Assembly (NCBI RefSeq): GCF_963921235.1
Contig: NC_086118.1
Coordinates: forward strand, 22,260,001 to 22,324,000
DNA: 64,000 nucleotides
DNA from: Mobula hypostoma
Lineage: Eukaryota
Direction: 5' to 3'
Below, piece after piece: positions 38,001-49,783 of this stretch (positions within the stretch are counted from its first letter, which is position 1; the number at the start of each line of letters is the position of its first letter). A program made the translations under genes and the position numbers. The notes under the pieces were generated by a model. It searched no databases. It saw nothing but the letters and a program-made list of their open reading frames with translations, and was not told the origin of the DNA.

Positions 38001-40700
38001 GAGCTTGTATCACAAGAAATACGAGAGGTAGGAGAGGAGAAGAGGTTAACTAAAACAGCTGGCCTGGCCAAACAAAGGGCTTGAACCCGGTGGGAAAGTG
38101 TTGAACAATGACACCTATCTTGGAATGTTCTGTGGCAGATGGAACCGCTCCGCATTTCTTTTTTATGCAGAGCAGCGTACGATCTGCTCCCAACACCAGC
38201 CAACCTCAGCACCTGGTACGAAGATAAGACAGACAGGTGTGCTGCTTGTGGCGAGAAGGGAAAACTTCAGCATATCTTGAGTGCATGCAGAGTCAATCTT
38301 TCCAGCGGCATGTACACTTGGAGACATAACAACGTTCTGAAAGTTGTAACAGAAGTGGTTGAGCAGAGAGTACTGCAGCACAACTTATCTCATGCCCCAT
38401 GCTGCACAAAACATCGCATATCATTTGTGAAAGAAGGCTCCAAGTCAAGGGTGTACAGCACAGGCTCACGATCAAGCATACTTTCTTCAGCCAGTGATTG
38501 GTGCGTCAAGACTGACCTGGACGGGAAAGGCAGTTTCCCGGAGCAAATAGCTTTCATAACATTGCATCCAGATATAATCGGATGGTCTGACACCAGTAGA
38601 GAAGTGGTTATTGGTGAACTCACAGTCCCCTGGGAAGACAACATTGATGAAGCCCATGAGCGCAAGTTAACCATGTATGCAGAATTAAGATCAGAGTGCA
38701 GAGACAGAGGGTGGAAGGTCTCATACTATCCATTCGAAGTAGGCTGCCGTGGGTTTATTGCGTTCACTCTCCAGAAGTGGCTGCATGACCTTGGCTTCAC
38801 TGGAAGAGAGATCAAGTCAACCAGCAGGGCTGTAGCTGAGGCAGCAGAGAAAAGATCAGCATGGGTGTGGACCAAGTATGTCCAGAGGGGCAGATAGTCA
38901 GACAGTGTATACATATCTTGCAAACCCTTCAGTAGTTGCATAGACACCTGAAGAGCAGACTATCTGTTGGATGGAAGTGACCCTCAACTCTGATAGAGGC
39001 AGATGCCAAGTTTTTAAGCTCACCAGTGGGAGGTGGTGCTTTAGCACTGCTGGCCCACCACCTCGAGGGAGTCTTGATGATAAGCGGGCCGAAACTCCTG
39101 AAGACAGGTGACAGATCAACTGGTGATCCCATTGGTGATAGCACAGGACAGTTAACATCTTAGTCCACGTGTATTTTGTAACTCTGAACATTATCACTTT
39201 CTGTACTTTATCAGTTGTGGGTATCTTTTTATAACCTCTTTCAGCAATTCATTGTAACTTCAGGTATTTGCATTTCTTCAACAGTGTGTGTACATTCTTT
39301 TTTTCTCCCTAATCCAGATTGCTTCTTGTTTGAGCGTCGCCCTATTTGACCAGATATTGGACCAAAAGTTCATTATCTCTGTGTTTGTTGGTAACTATGT
39401 GCTGGGGTAAGTGACATTTTTGTGCATCAAATTTAGTTTGAATGTCCTGTATAAACCTTTTTCATTGCTTCTGAGCTGATAATTCTGTTTGTCCGGTGCA
39501 TTTTATGTATCTGTTTAGTCTGGCTTTGTATTCACCAAGCTTTTGTTTTAGTGTATCTATAACCTCTATCATGCTTTTGTTAGGCTGATTGTAGAGACCT
39601 TATATTTCCTTAGTATTTCCTTCACTTTTCTTTTAACTTTCTTACTTGGGTTATCCATTTTATACTCCATTAGCTGGACTACTGTTCTTAAGGTTTCAAT
39701 TTTGTATTTTAATCTCTTCTGCCATTTCACTGTTCTCATTTCATTGCTCAGTTTTGAGTTTCTATGAATGAGTCCCTCTTTTATGGAGCCATTGCACTTC
39801 ACTGCTGTTAATGCGGCACAGTATGGTACTATGTGTAGTTCTTCAAATGTTTCAAGTTTTCCTAAATGAAGTAGTGATATAATATTGTTGAGGGCATAAA
39901 CAATCCCTGTAAATTTTGATGATGTACTTTGTTTTAGTCTTTGTGTTGGGTCAATTCCCATACATTCTGTTAGTGAGAAGTTAACTATTAGGATAATTTT
40001 GTCTGTAAGCTCGTTTCAATCATCAGCATTCTGCAGAGGCTGTACATCTGTGTTGTTGTTGTTAATGTCTGATTGTGGAGCAGTTGAAATAATTGTATTT
40101 TCATCAGTGCTTCGATGGGTTGCATCTTTATCATTTTCTTGTGTAGTATTGTCATGGTCTTTAGGCTGGTTTCTTTCCAGCTCTTGTGCAACTTGATATT
40201 TTATTTGGTTTAACATGTCTATGGGGATTAAGTTATCTTTACTATCACTCTACGTTAATCAGCTATTCGTTGTGTATTTACTTGCATGGAGGGTTATTGC
40301 ACTATAAACTGTTGATAAAGTTTGTCCCTGTACCTTGTCATATCAGTCTCAAGTTCCATTACTTGTTTGGAGACACGCATTATAAATGTGTTTACTTCTA
40401 ATCACCATTCCATGCATGTCTTTCTTCTCTTAACTGCTTGAGTGGTCTCTGTTGTGAGTGGCTGCTTCCCTGAGAAACACATGCAGTCATCGCAGCCTTT
40501 GGTGTTGGTGGGGTAGATGTGGGTAGCAGTGGCTGCTTTTATACTGATGGGCGTCTTTGCTCCAGGTCCCGAAACTGAGCCTCAGCTCCTCACCTGTCCT
40601 CCGAGTCTATGCGGCTGAGGGGACTCACCATCCTATGAGTTCGCCAAACTCCGCCTCTCGCTGCCAGAGACCGGCGCTGTCATCTCGTCCCGTCCCCAGT
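35084..40700 (-). mobile_element. Second R4/Dong-like copy (3' end, large internal deletion, ORF N-terminus and probable 5' UTR), interrupted by the HERO-like element
   Basis: (TAA)n tail at 35084-35106 and RLE C-terminus at 35180-35420. The sequence then jumps to a match for 34710-34940. 39176-39330 matches 34945-35083. ORF 39569..39961 has KWQKRLKYKIETLR. Confidence 0.75.
35667..39175 (+). mobile_element. HERO-clade-like RLE non-LTR retrotransposon, 5'-truncated pseudogene
   Basis: Collinear ORF pieces: RPISLLNVEGKI, PGFPGCLEH, WLDLANAYGSVPH, GIPMGCAISPILF, AFMDDLT, LPGKLKLWCLQYGLMPRIMWPL, YDLLPTPANL, CAACG...HILSAC (CCHC), YTWRHNNVL, HPDI...ELTVPWE...AHERK and FEVGCRGF. Stop at 38897, with several internal stops and frameshifts. 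Confidence 0.85.
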
Positions 40701-41722
40701 GGTGCTGCTTGAAATGATGGTCCACTGTCAAGTACAGTCTGATCCCACCAGTTCACCGCAGTCACTTTGCCAGAAATATTTTGTTCCAAGTATGAAATGT
40801 CGTCCTCTCCACTTTTCACCTGGCTATCACCTCCACCTGGGTCCTCTCCTCCTCCCTTTCTCACCACAAAGGTCTTCATTGAAATGGTTGCATATCAAAC
40901 GCAAATGACAAGAGGACATAGATATCTTAGTAGAATGAGCAGTAACATCTTTTTAATTGAAAAGATCCGGGCCAGAAGGTAATGTGCTATGAAAATATAA
41001 GGTAAGGGTCTGAATGGTAAATATCATCAAGGACCTGCAGGTGAACACCTGGCATACTTACTTCAACCATCTCAGGCTGTTAATTCTAATTAAATAATAT
41101 TTCTACCTACTTCGATATTCTTTTCTTCTTCTTAGGCCATGTTTTGAGATTGAGAATTACTTCTTTGCATTATAATGCGGCAGCCACCTCCAGCTACTGG
41201 AAAAATACCACCAAAGCCACAGCCACAAAATCCTCCAAATTTCCTGGAAGAATAAGTTAACCAACATCCCAGGCCAACATCCCCTGTGTTGAGGTCCCAG
41301 ACACACTCATTTTCCTTCATTAAGCTGGCTGCATCATTCAAATGCCTCACACCAGATTCCCAAAATGAATGCTCTGTTCTGTGCAGTATGGAACAATAAT
41401 GTGGCTTTAGAGCGTATGTTTATCATTGTATATATACAATGCATGGGATCTTAAAGAATTTTATAGGAATATTAACAACCAAAATTTAAGACTCAGCCTC
41501 AAAAATATCTCTGTTGCAGAGATTTTAAGAAGTATCTTGAAAGTGGAGAGAGAAGGAATGCTTAGGGTAAGAATTCAAGAGAACTCGGGCTTACAAAATC
41601 AGTGGTGCAGCAATTAAAATCAGTAAACAACAGGAATTCTGCAGATGCTGGAAATTCAAGCAACATACATCAAAGTTGCTGGTGAATGCAGCAGGGCAAG
41701 CAGCATCTATAGGAAGAGGTGC

Positions 41723-41758
41723 AGTCGACGTTTCAGGCCGAGACCCTTCGTCAGGACT
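41723..41758 (-). ncRNA. Minimal type-I hammerhead ribozyme motif, antisense copy
   Basis: Exact reverse complement of 41777-41812. Confidence 0.75.
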
Positions 41759-41776
41759 AACTATCTTCCTTCAGTT

Positions 41777-41812
41777 AGTCCTGACGAAGGGTCTCGGCCT
41801 GAAACGTCGACT
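41777..41812 (+). ncRNA. Minimal type-I hammerhead ribozyme motif (GUC at 41806-41808)
   Basis: AGTC-CTGACGA-AGGGTCTCGGCCT-GAAAC-GTC-GACT, core intact. Confidence 0.75.
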
Positions 41813-43259
41813 GCACCTCTTCCTATAGATGCTGCTTGGCCTGCTGCGTTCACCAGCAACTTTGATGTATGTTAATTAAAATCAGTGATGTGCAGGATGC
41901 CAGAAATAGACAACCAAGAATATTATTGAGCTTTAAAGCTAGAGATGACAGAAAGGGAGTGGAGAAAGACCTTGGAACAGTTTGAAAAGACTCAATTCTT
42001 TGAAAACTGGGTTAATGGAACTAGAACAGTGTCACAATTTGCTGCAAGTTGAGAAATGAACAACAGATGTGTGGAATTTAGGATGGACTGGCAGGTGTGC
42101 ATTAGAATGTTCAATTCAACAGATAGAAAGAGTATAAATGAATGTTTCAGCAGGATGTAAGCTGAGCTGAATAGAAATTATGTGCTGTTCCTGAGAACTA
42201 TGCAAATCGTCTTGATGTGTGCCTCGATATATGGACAGAAGCTCATGACAGGGGCAAATAGAGCAGCAAGTTTGCATGTGTAGTTCACTTCAGAGGGGGG
42301 CATAGGGAAAAGATGGGAGCGTGTATAGGGAAAGGAATTTATGGCGATGGCTGAAAAGTACTTATTTAGCTGAATATTTGGAATAAGCTTTGACCGATCA
42401 AGACCTGATATTAAACAAACTGTGCAGGAAAGCAGAAACAGTGACAGTGCAGAGAGTGAAAGAGTTCCATTGTTAACATCATCATCTTACCTTGTATTCT
42501 TTATGTTACCATTAAATTCAAACACCACTGTACCCTGCAAGAGCAAAGAGAAATACAAATAGTCACAGTAATTGCTAATTCCCCAATACCCAATAAGCAC
42601 TTAGCATTCTTCAATGACCCAATACAGCCGTTGGCAGTTCTCCTCATCAAATGCCTGGAAAGCTTTTTCAATTACATTTTCAATTCTTTGCCGTCCTCTT
42701 TCTTATTAGCACTTTTAGCTGATTCAATAGCAACCTTGATTTTCTTCTTCCTTGCACTTAGCATTTTAGTTGAGTAGTACACGTCTATACTCTGCAGAAA
42801 CATTTTTGATTATATGAATGTGACTGCCAACACCTACTTAATTTTATTTCTTGTTTTCTTTTCTTTTTTTGTATTTTGGATGAAATAATTTATTTCAAAA
42901 TGTGAGATTTGACCTGGAACACGACTCAGAGAAAAGACAGATAAGAAATGGTAACAGGACTCTCTTCCTGATGTGTACAACAAATAGAATGAAATTTCTG
43001 ACAGAACAATGAAGTCAAAAACGGTGTATTCATTTAAGAAACATAGAATTGCCAATCAGGGACAAGTAATTCTTTTCAGAAATCCAAGTATCATGAAATA
43101 AATATTTTTTTCCCTTCAGTAACTTTCTTCTAATATTTTAAATGTTTTTTTAAGTTCTATGTGCTTGATTTTGTAGTCCTAAGCAGTCCTTAGTAGCTTT
43201 GTCCTTTTAACAGGTACATCTACAGAACAATGAGCTATTAAAAGGTACTTTTACTTATG

Positions 43260-44420
43260 AGTTTGCAAATATAAGGATTAGGAACTGGAGTTAGCTCTGG
43301 CTTCATCTATAATTCAAGTTCATTGATTAAAACCTCAACTCCTCAACTCCTCCTAACCCCAATAACCTTTTACTCTGTTACTAATAAGGAATCTAGCATC
43401 TTCCTTAAAACTGTTTTAAGCTATATTTTCATAGTTCTTCAGAGAAGCAAGTTCAAAAGATTTATAACTGAGAAACTTTAAAAAAAAGTTTCATTTTTGT
43501 TTTAAATAGATAACCTCTTATCTTTAAACAGGGACTCCAAGTTCTAGATTCTCCCATATAGGAAGTATCATCTCCAAAAGCAACGAGTCATCTCCAAAAG
43601 CATCGTGTCAAGATTCATCAGGAAAATACATGCCTCAATCAAATTTCATCACACTAAATCTAGATTCCCGCCGATGTAAGCTGAGCTTGTTCAACCTTTC
43701 CACCTCAGGCAAACTGTCCATTTCAAATATCAGTCGAGTAAACCTTCTGTGAATTGATTCCAATGTATTTATATCATTCTTTAAATAAGGGACTAATACT
43801 AATAATGCACATTTGATCTCACCCTGATGTCTATATAACTGAAAGATACTTCCCTGGCTTTATATTCAGTTTGCTTAGTAGTATACAATAACATTCTGTT
43901 AGCTTCCCCAATTACTTGCTGCATCTGTACATTAGTCTTTCATTAATAAAAGGCTGAAACACCCAATTACTAGTGCCCCAAAGCTCTGTAATTTCTCCCC
44001 ATTTAGCTAATATGCTTAAGCTTATTTATTTTTCTGCTAAAGTGGGCAACTTCACTTGATATCACTTGATATTCCATTTACCGCATCTGTGCCCACTCTT
44101 TTAACCTATCAATATCATTTCATAAACAAGAGAAAATCTGCAGTTGCTAGAAATCCAAGCGACACATACAAAATGCTGGAGGAACTCAGCAGGCCAGGCA
44201 GCATCTATGGAAAATTGTATATTTGATGTTTCGGGCCAAGGTCCTTCATCTTATCTTTTTATAGCCAGTTCTTCCCATTTTTCCAACCTATCAGCTAATT
44301 TATCAAACTTTAGGTTCTGTATTTATATAAACTGGAAACTATCTGAAGATCCTGCTTTAGTCCCTGTATCACACCGCTCGTTACATCTTGCCGACAAAGG
44401 AAGACCCAAGCTCTCCATAT
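43260..44420 (-). mobile_element. Old CR1 RT/3' remnant
   Basis: Degenerate similarity to 3200-4240, e.g. GTTCTAGATTCTCCC, GTAAACCTTCT, AAAGTGGGCAACTTCAC and TGCCCACTC. Confidence 0.6.
44124..44250 (-). mobile_element. PLE terminal fragment (second subfamily), truncated inside the hammerhead core
   Basis: AAATCTGCAG...AAATGCTGGAGGAACTCAGCAGGCCAGGCAGCATCTA...GTTTCGGGCCAAGGTCCTTCATC, reverse-matching 45936-46030. Confidence 0.78.
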
Positions 44421-44454
44421 ATACAAATTAATTACTATACTCCTTGGAGTGGTT

Positions 44455-44712
44455 CCTCAGAAAAGCAGCGTCCATGATTAAGGACACCCATAATCCAGGA
44501 CATGCCCTCTTCTCATTGCTACCATTAGGTAGGAGGTACAGAAGCATGAAGGCACACACTCAATGATTCAGGAACAGCTTCTTCCCCTCTGCTGTCTGAT
44601 TTCTGAATGGACATTGAACCCATGAACATTACTTCACTATTTTTTAATTGCCTTTTTTTGCACTACTTATTTAATTTAACGTATACTTACTATAATACTT
44701 AATATACTGACC
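44455..44712 (+). mobile_element. Rex1/Babar-like LINE 3' end (family 1)
   Basis: Translates KAASMIKDTHNPGHALFSLLPLGRRYRSMKAHT...FRNSFFPSAV. Confidence 0.65.
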
Positions 44713-45223
44713 CTATTTTAGTCTGTGGTGGCCAGTGCAAACATGTTTGCTGTTGTATGCTGGGGCAACAGGCTGAGGGTAGCAGACACCAACAGAATCA
44801 ACAAATTCATTCGTAAGGCCAGTGATGTTGTGGGGATGGAACTGGACTCTCTGACGGTGGTGTCTGAAAAGAGGATGCTGTCCAAGTTGCATGCCATCTT
44901 GGTCAATGTCTCCCATCCACTATATAATGTACTGGTTGGGCACAGGAGTACATTCAGCCAGAGACTCATTCCACTGAGATGCAACACAGAGCGTCATAGG
45001 AAGTCATTCCTGCCTGTGGCCATCAAACTTTACAACTCCTCCCTTGGAGGGTCAGACACCCTGAGCCAATAGGCTGGTCCTGGACTTATTTCCTGGCATA
45101 ATTTACATATTACTATTTAACTATTTATGGTTTTATTACTATTTAATTATTTATGGTGCAACTGTAACGAAAACCAATTTCTCCCGGGATCAATAAAGTA
45201 TGACTATAACTATGACTATGACT
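44713..45223 (+). mobile_element. Rex1/Babar LINE 3' end (family 2)
   Basis: ORF 44725..45072 has VVCWG...INKFIRKAS...SHPL...TERHRKSFLPVAIKLYN. GGGATCAATAAAGTA is followed by a (TGACTA)n tail. Confidence 0.82.
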
Positions 45224-45304
45224 AATTTAAAATGTATAAGGGCAAAGAAAGCTGAAATAGTAAAATCGCCATTTCTCCTAATTTACGAACTAAATAGTAC
45301 AAAT

Positions 45305-46030
45305 AGGACCCCAAACAATTCTTCCAAGTGAGGTGACACTTCACTTGTGAATCTTTTCGGGTCATATACTGTGTGCGGTGTTCCCAGTGTGGCCTCCTGT
45401 ATATCGGTGAGACCCGACGTGGATTGGAAGAGCGCTTCGCCGACCACTTACGCTCCATCCGCCCGAAGAAGTGGGATCTCCCAGTGGGCTCCCACTTTAA
45501 TTCCACTTCCCATTCCTATTCTGAAATGTCGGTCTATGGCCTCTTCTACTGCTGCGATAAGACCATGCTCAGGTTTAAGAAACAGCACCTTATATTCCGT
45601 CTGAGTAGCCTCCAATCTGATGGCATGAACATCGATTTCTCAAACTTTCGGTAATGTCCCCCTCCCCCAACCTGCTTCACTATTCTCCATCCACTCCCCT
45701 TATCTCCTTGCCTGCCCATCGCCTCCCTCTGGTGCTCCTCCCCCCTTTTCTTTCTTCCATGGCTTTCTGTCGCCTCCTATTAGATTCCCCTTCTCCAGCC
45801 CTGTACCTTTCACCAATCAACTTCCCAGCTCTTTACCTCACCCCTCCCCCTCCCAGTTTCACCTATCACCTTGTGTTTCTCCCTCCCCGTCCCCCACCTT
45901 TTAAATCCACTCCTCATCTTTTTATCTCCAGTCCTGATGAAGGGTCTTAGCCCAAAACGTTGACTGTACTCTTTTCTGTAGATGCTGCCTGGACTGCTGA
46001 GCTCCTCCAGCATTTTGTGTGTGTTACTTT
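45305..46030 (+). mobile_element. PLE 3' part: GIY-YIG, pyrimidine-rich spacer and terminal repeat
   Basis: ORF 45373..45654 has CSQCGLLYIGETRR...RFADHLRSI...GMNIDFSNF. The hammerhead at 45929-45966 has GAAA mutated to AAAA. Confidence 0.88.
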
Positions 46031-49000
46031 GAACCTTGTGCCTCTGCTGGTTAACCACAATTTCTTGTGATTTCTTTAACTTATGGTAGAATTATACATT
46101 TATATATCTTGTTATATTGACACTGTGGATTTCACAATTTTAATAACTGCAAATTGTTCCTTGTTACAATTGTGCCACCTGATCAGGAAAATTTTTACAT
46201 ATGTAAGGCAGACAATGACTCTGAAATACTGCACACCCAGATACAAATACACATCGTGATCTTACTCTTTTAAGTAGATTTACTGTACATCTTGGGTAAA
46301 TGTGTAACAACTAACAGAGTTACATGCAAGATTAGGGAACCTTACATGAATCATGCTGGAACTCACATTTGGAAGTGACTGCTTGTTTTTCCCATTGGAT
46401 TTCTGCTTTGCATTAGGTTGTAGTAAATCACCCTCATTGTGTTTTCACATTGTTAAAATCACAATTGATTTGTTTAAGTGTTGTACCAATTTACTTGTCT
46501 GTTGTTTTGGTACAATGTGCTTCCTCACACACAAGTTTACATATCAATCAAATGGCAGATCTCCTGCTCTAGAATACTTTACAGTGATCACCTTCAATTT
46601 TAACTGGGGTGGAGCCAACAGCAACTATCTTGCTGTTTTTGGTGCAGGCTATGTGCAAAACTTTCAGCAAATTAAATGCTGACGTGTCACTCTTGCCACA
46701 AAATGCTAGAATACCTGACTCTCCCCCTTTTCCTTAACAGTTCTTGATAAAGACAAAAAAAAACAACCACTGTTGTGACTAAAATATAGGACACAAGCTT
46801 CACTGAGATGATGCAAGCAAATGCTTTTTGTCCATACTAACCTTCAGTGATTCTAGATAATCATTTCCTTAATTGTGTCTGAAGAAGACAATAAGAAATG
46901 GGTTTCTGCCCAACATCTGATTCTCCTAGTGAGTGCTTCATTATAAAGTTGTGGGAAGGCCATATTGTTTCTACTGTATATCAAATGCTTGATTGTGAAA
47001 ATTCTCTTCACAAGCGATGCTGTGGGAAGAAATTACCAGGCAGGGAGAGGAAAAGATTCATAGGTGTTCCCTACATTAAAAAAATGTAATATCCCCACTG
47101 ACTCTGAGAATCCAGGGCCTATAAGTGTGGATAGTACATTAGACCTTGGTCACATCATTCAGAACCCATATATCTGGACTGGAGGCAAGTCATTGTTAAA
47201 GTTGAGGCACTACTTAAGAAGAAGGATCCCATTACCTTCACTGACACACACCATTTTTCCAAGACCTGTTAATTAGGTGACACTGTCAATAGAAAAAGCT
47301 TTCTTTTAACCTCAGTTAAAAACACAATTGGGAGAGAATATATTTTGGCCATAAATAGTACAGCCTCAAGGTGAATAGTTGCTATTGCCAGATGTCACTT
47401 GCAATTTCACATTGAAGAAGGTTACAATTAATAAACATGGAGAGTAGAACAATTAACACTAAGTAATTTTACTGATATATTGGTCAGCTGCAAGACATTA
47501 TAATTTCCAGTATACCATAATTCATCACTTACACTGTGGGAAAAGCACTAGCTTACAATCCAAATATAAAAGGGTTTTGCATCAGACAGTGCTCACCTAT
47601 ATAGTAATTGACTTTTGTACAATATTCTGCATTCTCATATACTACCCCGAGCCATATTTCTTTAAAGTAACTGTAACAGTCAAGTCCCTGTTGATATCTG
47701 GAAGATCCTGATGTGGAATGACTCTACAGGGGATATCACACATTGGACGAGATTTATATGATTGGACAGTTAAGCAAAGGGCAAAACCAGTGATTTATGG
47801 TCACCATTGAAAAATAAACAGAATTGTGGAATTAGATCTTCACAACCCTAATAAAAATCCTGGAATTCCAGGAAATATAATTTGACATATGCAGCCACCC
47901 CATAAATCAGTTGACCTGAAAATGGGGAAGAAGTTAATATTATGAATGGAAGTGTCTTATCTGGAGGACCACAGGAATCCCACTAAAAGCTTGTACAAGG
48001 GTGTGAGAAGTAATCAGAAGGACAGATGGAATGCTGGCCTTCATCTCAGGGGAGATGGAATACAAAAGTGAGGAAATAACACTTCTGCTATATCAGAGAT
48101 TACCCCATCTGAAGTATTGTATTTATCTTTGCATATCAAACCTTGAGATGTTGACATTGAAATTTGCCTTTGATCGCGAGCACTCTGCAGTCACTATGCA
48201 ACTGCCTGCAGTTCTACTTCCCCCAATCTCCCTTCATGATATTTGGTTTCACTGAAAACATTGGGAGGCAAGTACCATTTAAAACCATTGCCATAACATT
48301 TATTTCACAAAAGTAAGTACATTTGAATTCCATTCTATTCCTGGAGGACAAACAATGGAGATTCAGCAGAATGTATTTTAAGTAAGAGAGATTAGACAAA
48401 TTTGACATGAGAAGGTTGCAGGTTGATCCAGCTGTAATCTTGATAACCGTGAAAGTGTATTTTGAATAGATACAAACAATTTCCATAAGTGTGAAGATCA
48501 CGAACAAGGGGACATAAACTTAAAATCAGTGCTAGGATTTGTTATACGAAATTGGGAAGTGCTGTTTTCACAAAATGACGTGTCAGCCTTCCACTTCCCA
48601 CCCCCTCTCGCCCCACTCCAAATAATTTTGTGCTTCTGTCACATTAAACTTTCAGGCCTAATATTTAGTAATATATTAAAGGAAGAAAGGTAGTAGAACA
48701 AAGCAGCACAAAAAGCTCAGTGAATTACTATGATCATTTTTAAAGGATAAGGTTTTTTACTGCAAGGTTTTCTTATTTTTTATTTTTTTCCTGATTGAAC
48801 ACTTGAGCTTGCTACCTACAATAAGTATTGGTAATAAAAACTATTAGCTTCCCCAATCATCAAAAAAAAGTCTTGATAGCTGGACCACCTTTGAAAGCAA
48901 ACATGTTGAGCAGCAAAAATTCTGAAAATAAATTGCAGTAAAAGTTAACTGATAAGCACCTGCTAGACAGTCGTTGCAGTATCCCAAAAATTTCACAGAG

Positions 49001-49653
49001 AAATATGATGCTGCACCAATTATAAATTGCATCTGTCCGCTGGGAATATGGTTTTAAATGGATCAGTGCTATTTGTTGTAATTCCCCATCTGACCCTAAC
49101 ATCTGCAGATGTGCTAAAGGATGAAACATTTCTGGCTGCAACATGATTAGTCTGAAAACTGCTTGATAGTCAGGAGTTTACAATAGTTTCTCCAAGTAAA
49201 GAATCTGTGTCTCTGTTGTAGGTTTCAACTTGGCAGGATTCCTGTTAGGTGTTTTATATGCTGCATAGAGTCTGAAAGTAATTTTAAAGGATTTTAATTG
49301 ATGCAACAGAAGCTTACATTTAATTTCTCCTGCTTTACAAAAGATATCCCAGTAAGAGAGGGGGCAACAAGGGAGAATAGAAGAAGAAAAAAAAAACACA
49401 GAAAAACAGCGGTAACTTGACATGCAATCTTATATTTATTTACCTTTTATTAACAGCACATATCAATTTAAAATTTGCTGCGATTTTCCCCACTCTTATA
49501 TCTGACACACAGTCTGCTTTCTTTGTGACTCTTTCTGCAAGTTTGAGTATATTTATGTAATAGAATCTTACTACCCTTCCCTTCATCATATGTGGTGGGT
49601 TACAGATATTTACCTTTCAAAAACACTCTGAATTGGAAACAAATATCTGGTCA

Positions 49654-49783
49654 AACACAAGAAAATCTGCAGATGCTGGAGATCCAAAGCATCACACACG
49701 AAATGCCGGAGAAACTCAATAAGGTCAGGTAGCATTCTTCAGGAAGGGTCACTGCCCAAAACATCAACTGCTTACTCTTTTCC
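49654..49783. mobile_element. Older PLE terminal fragment with internal inversion
   Basis: A minus-strand tail (49654 to about 49734) is joined to a plus-strand degenerate hammerhead segment (GAAGGGTCACTGCCCAAAACATCAACTG). TSD ACAAATAT(C/T)TGGTCA at 49639-49653 and 49784-49798. Confidence 0.75.

Larger units (their letters stand above)
41625..41873. mobile_element. PLE-derived foldback insertion (inverted terminal-repeat fragments)
   Basis: Arms 41662-41762 and 41773-41873 (101 bp, 2 mismatches) with a 10-nt spacer. 13-bp TSD AATTAAAATCAGT at 41612-41624 and 41874-41886. Confidence 0.92.

Noticed and set aside
45929..45966. Hammerhead motif as an active ribozyme
   Set aside because: The conserved G of GAAA is mutated to A. 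The copies at 17255-17290, 44222-44250 and 49735-49770 also have mutated or truncated cores.
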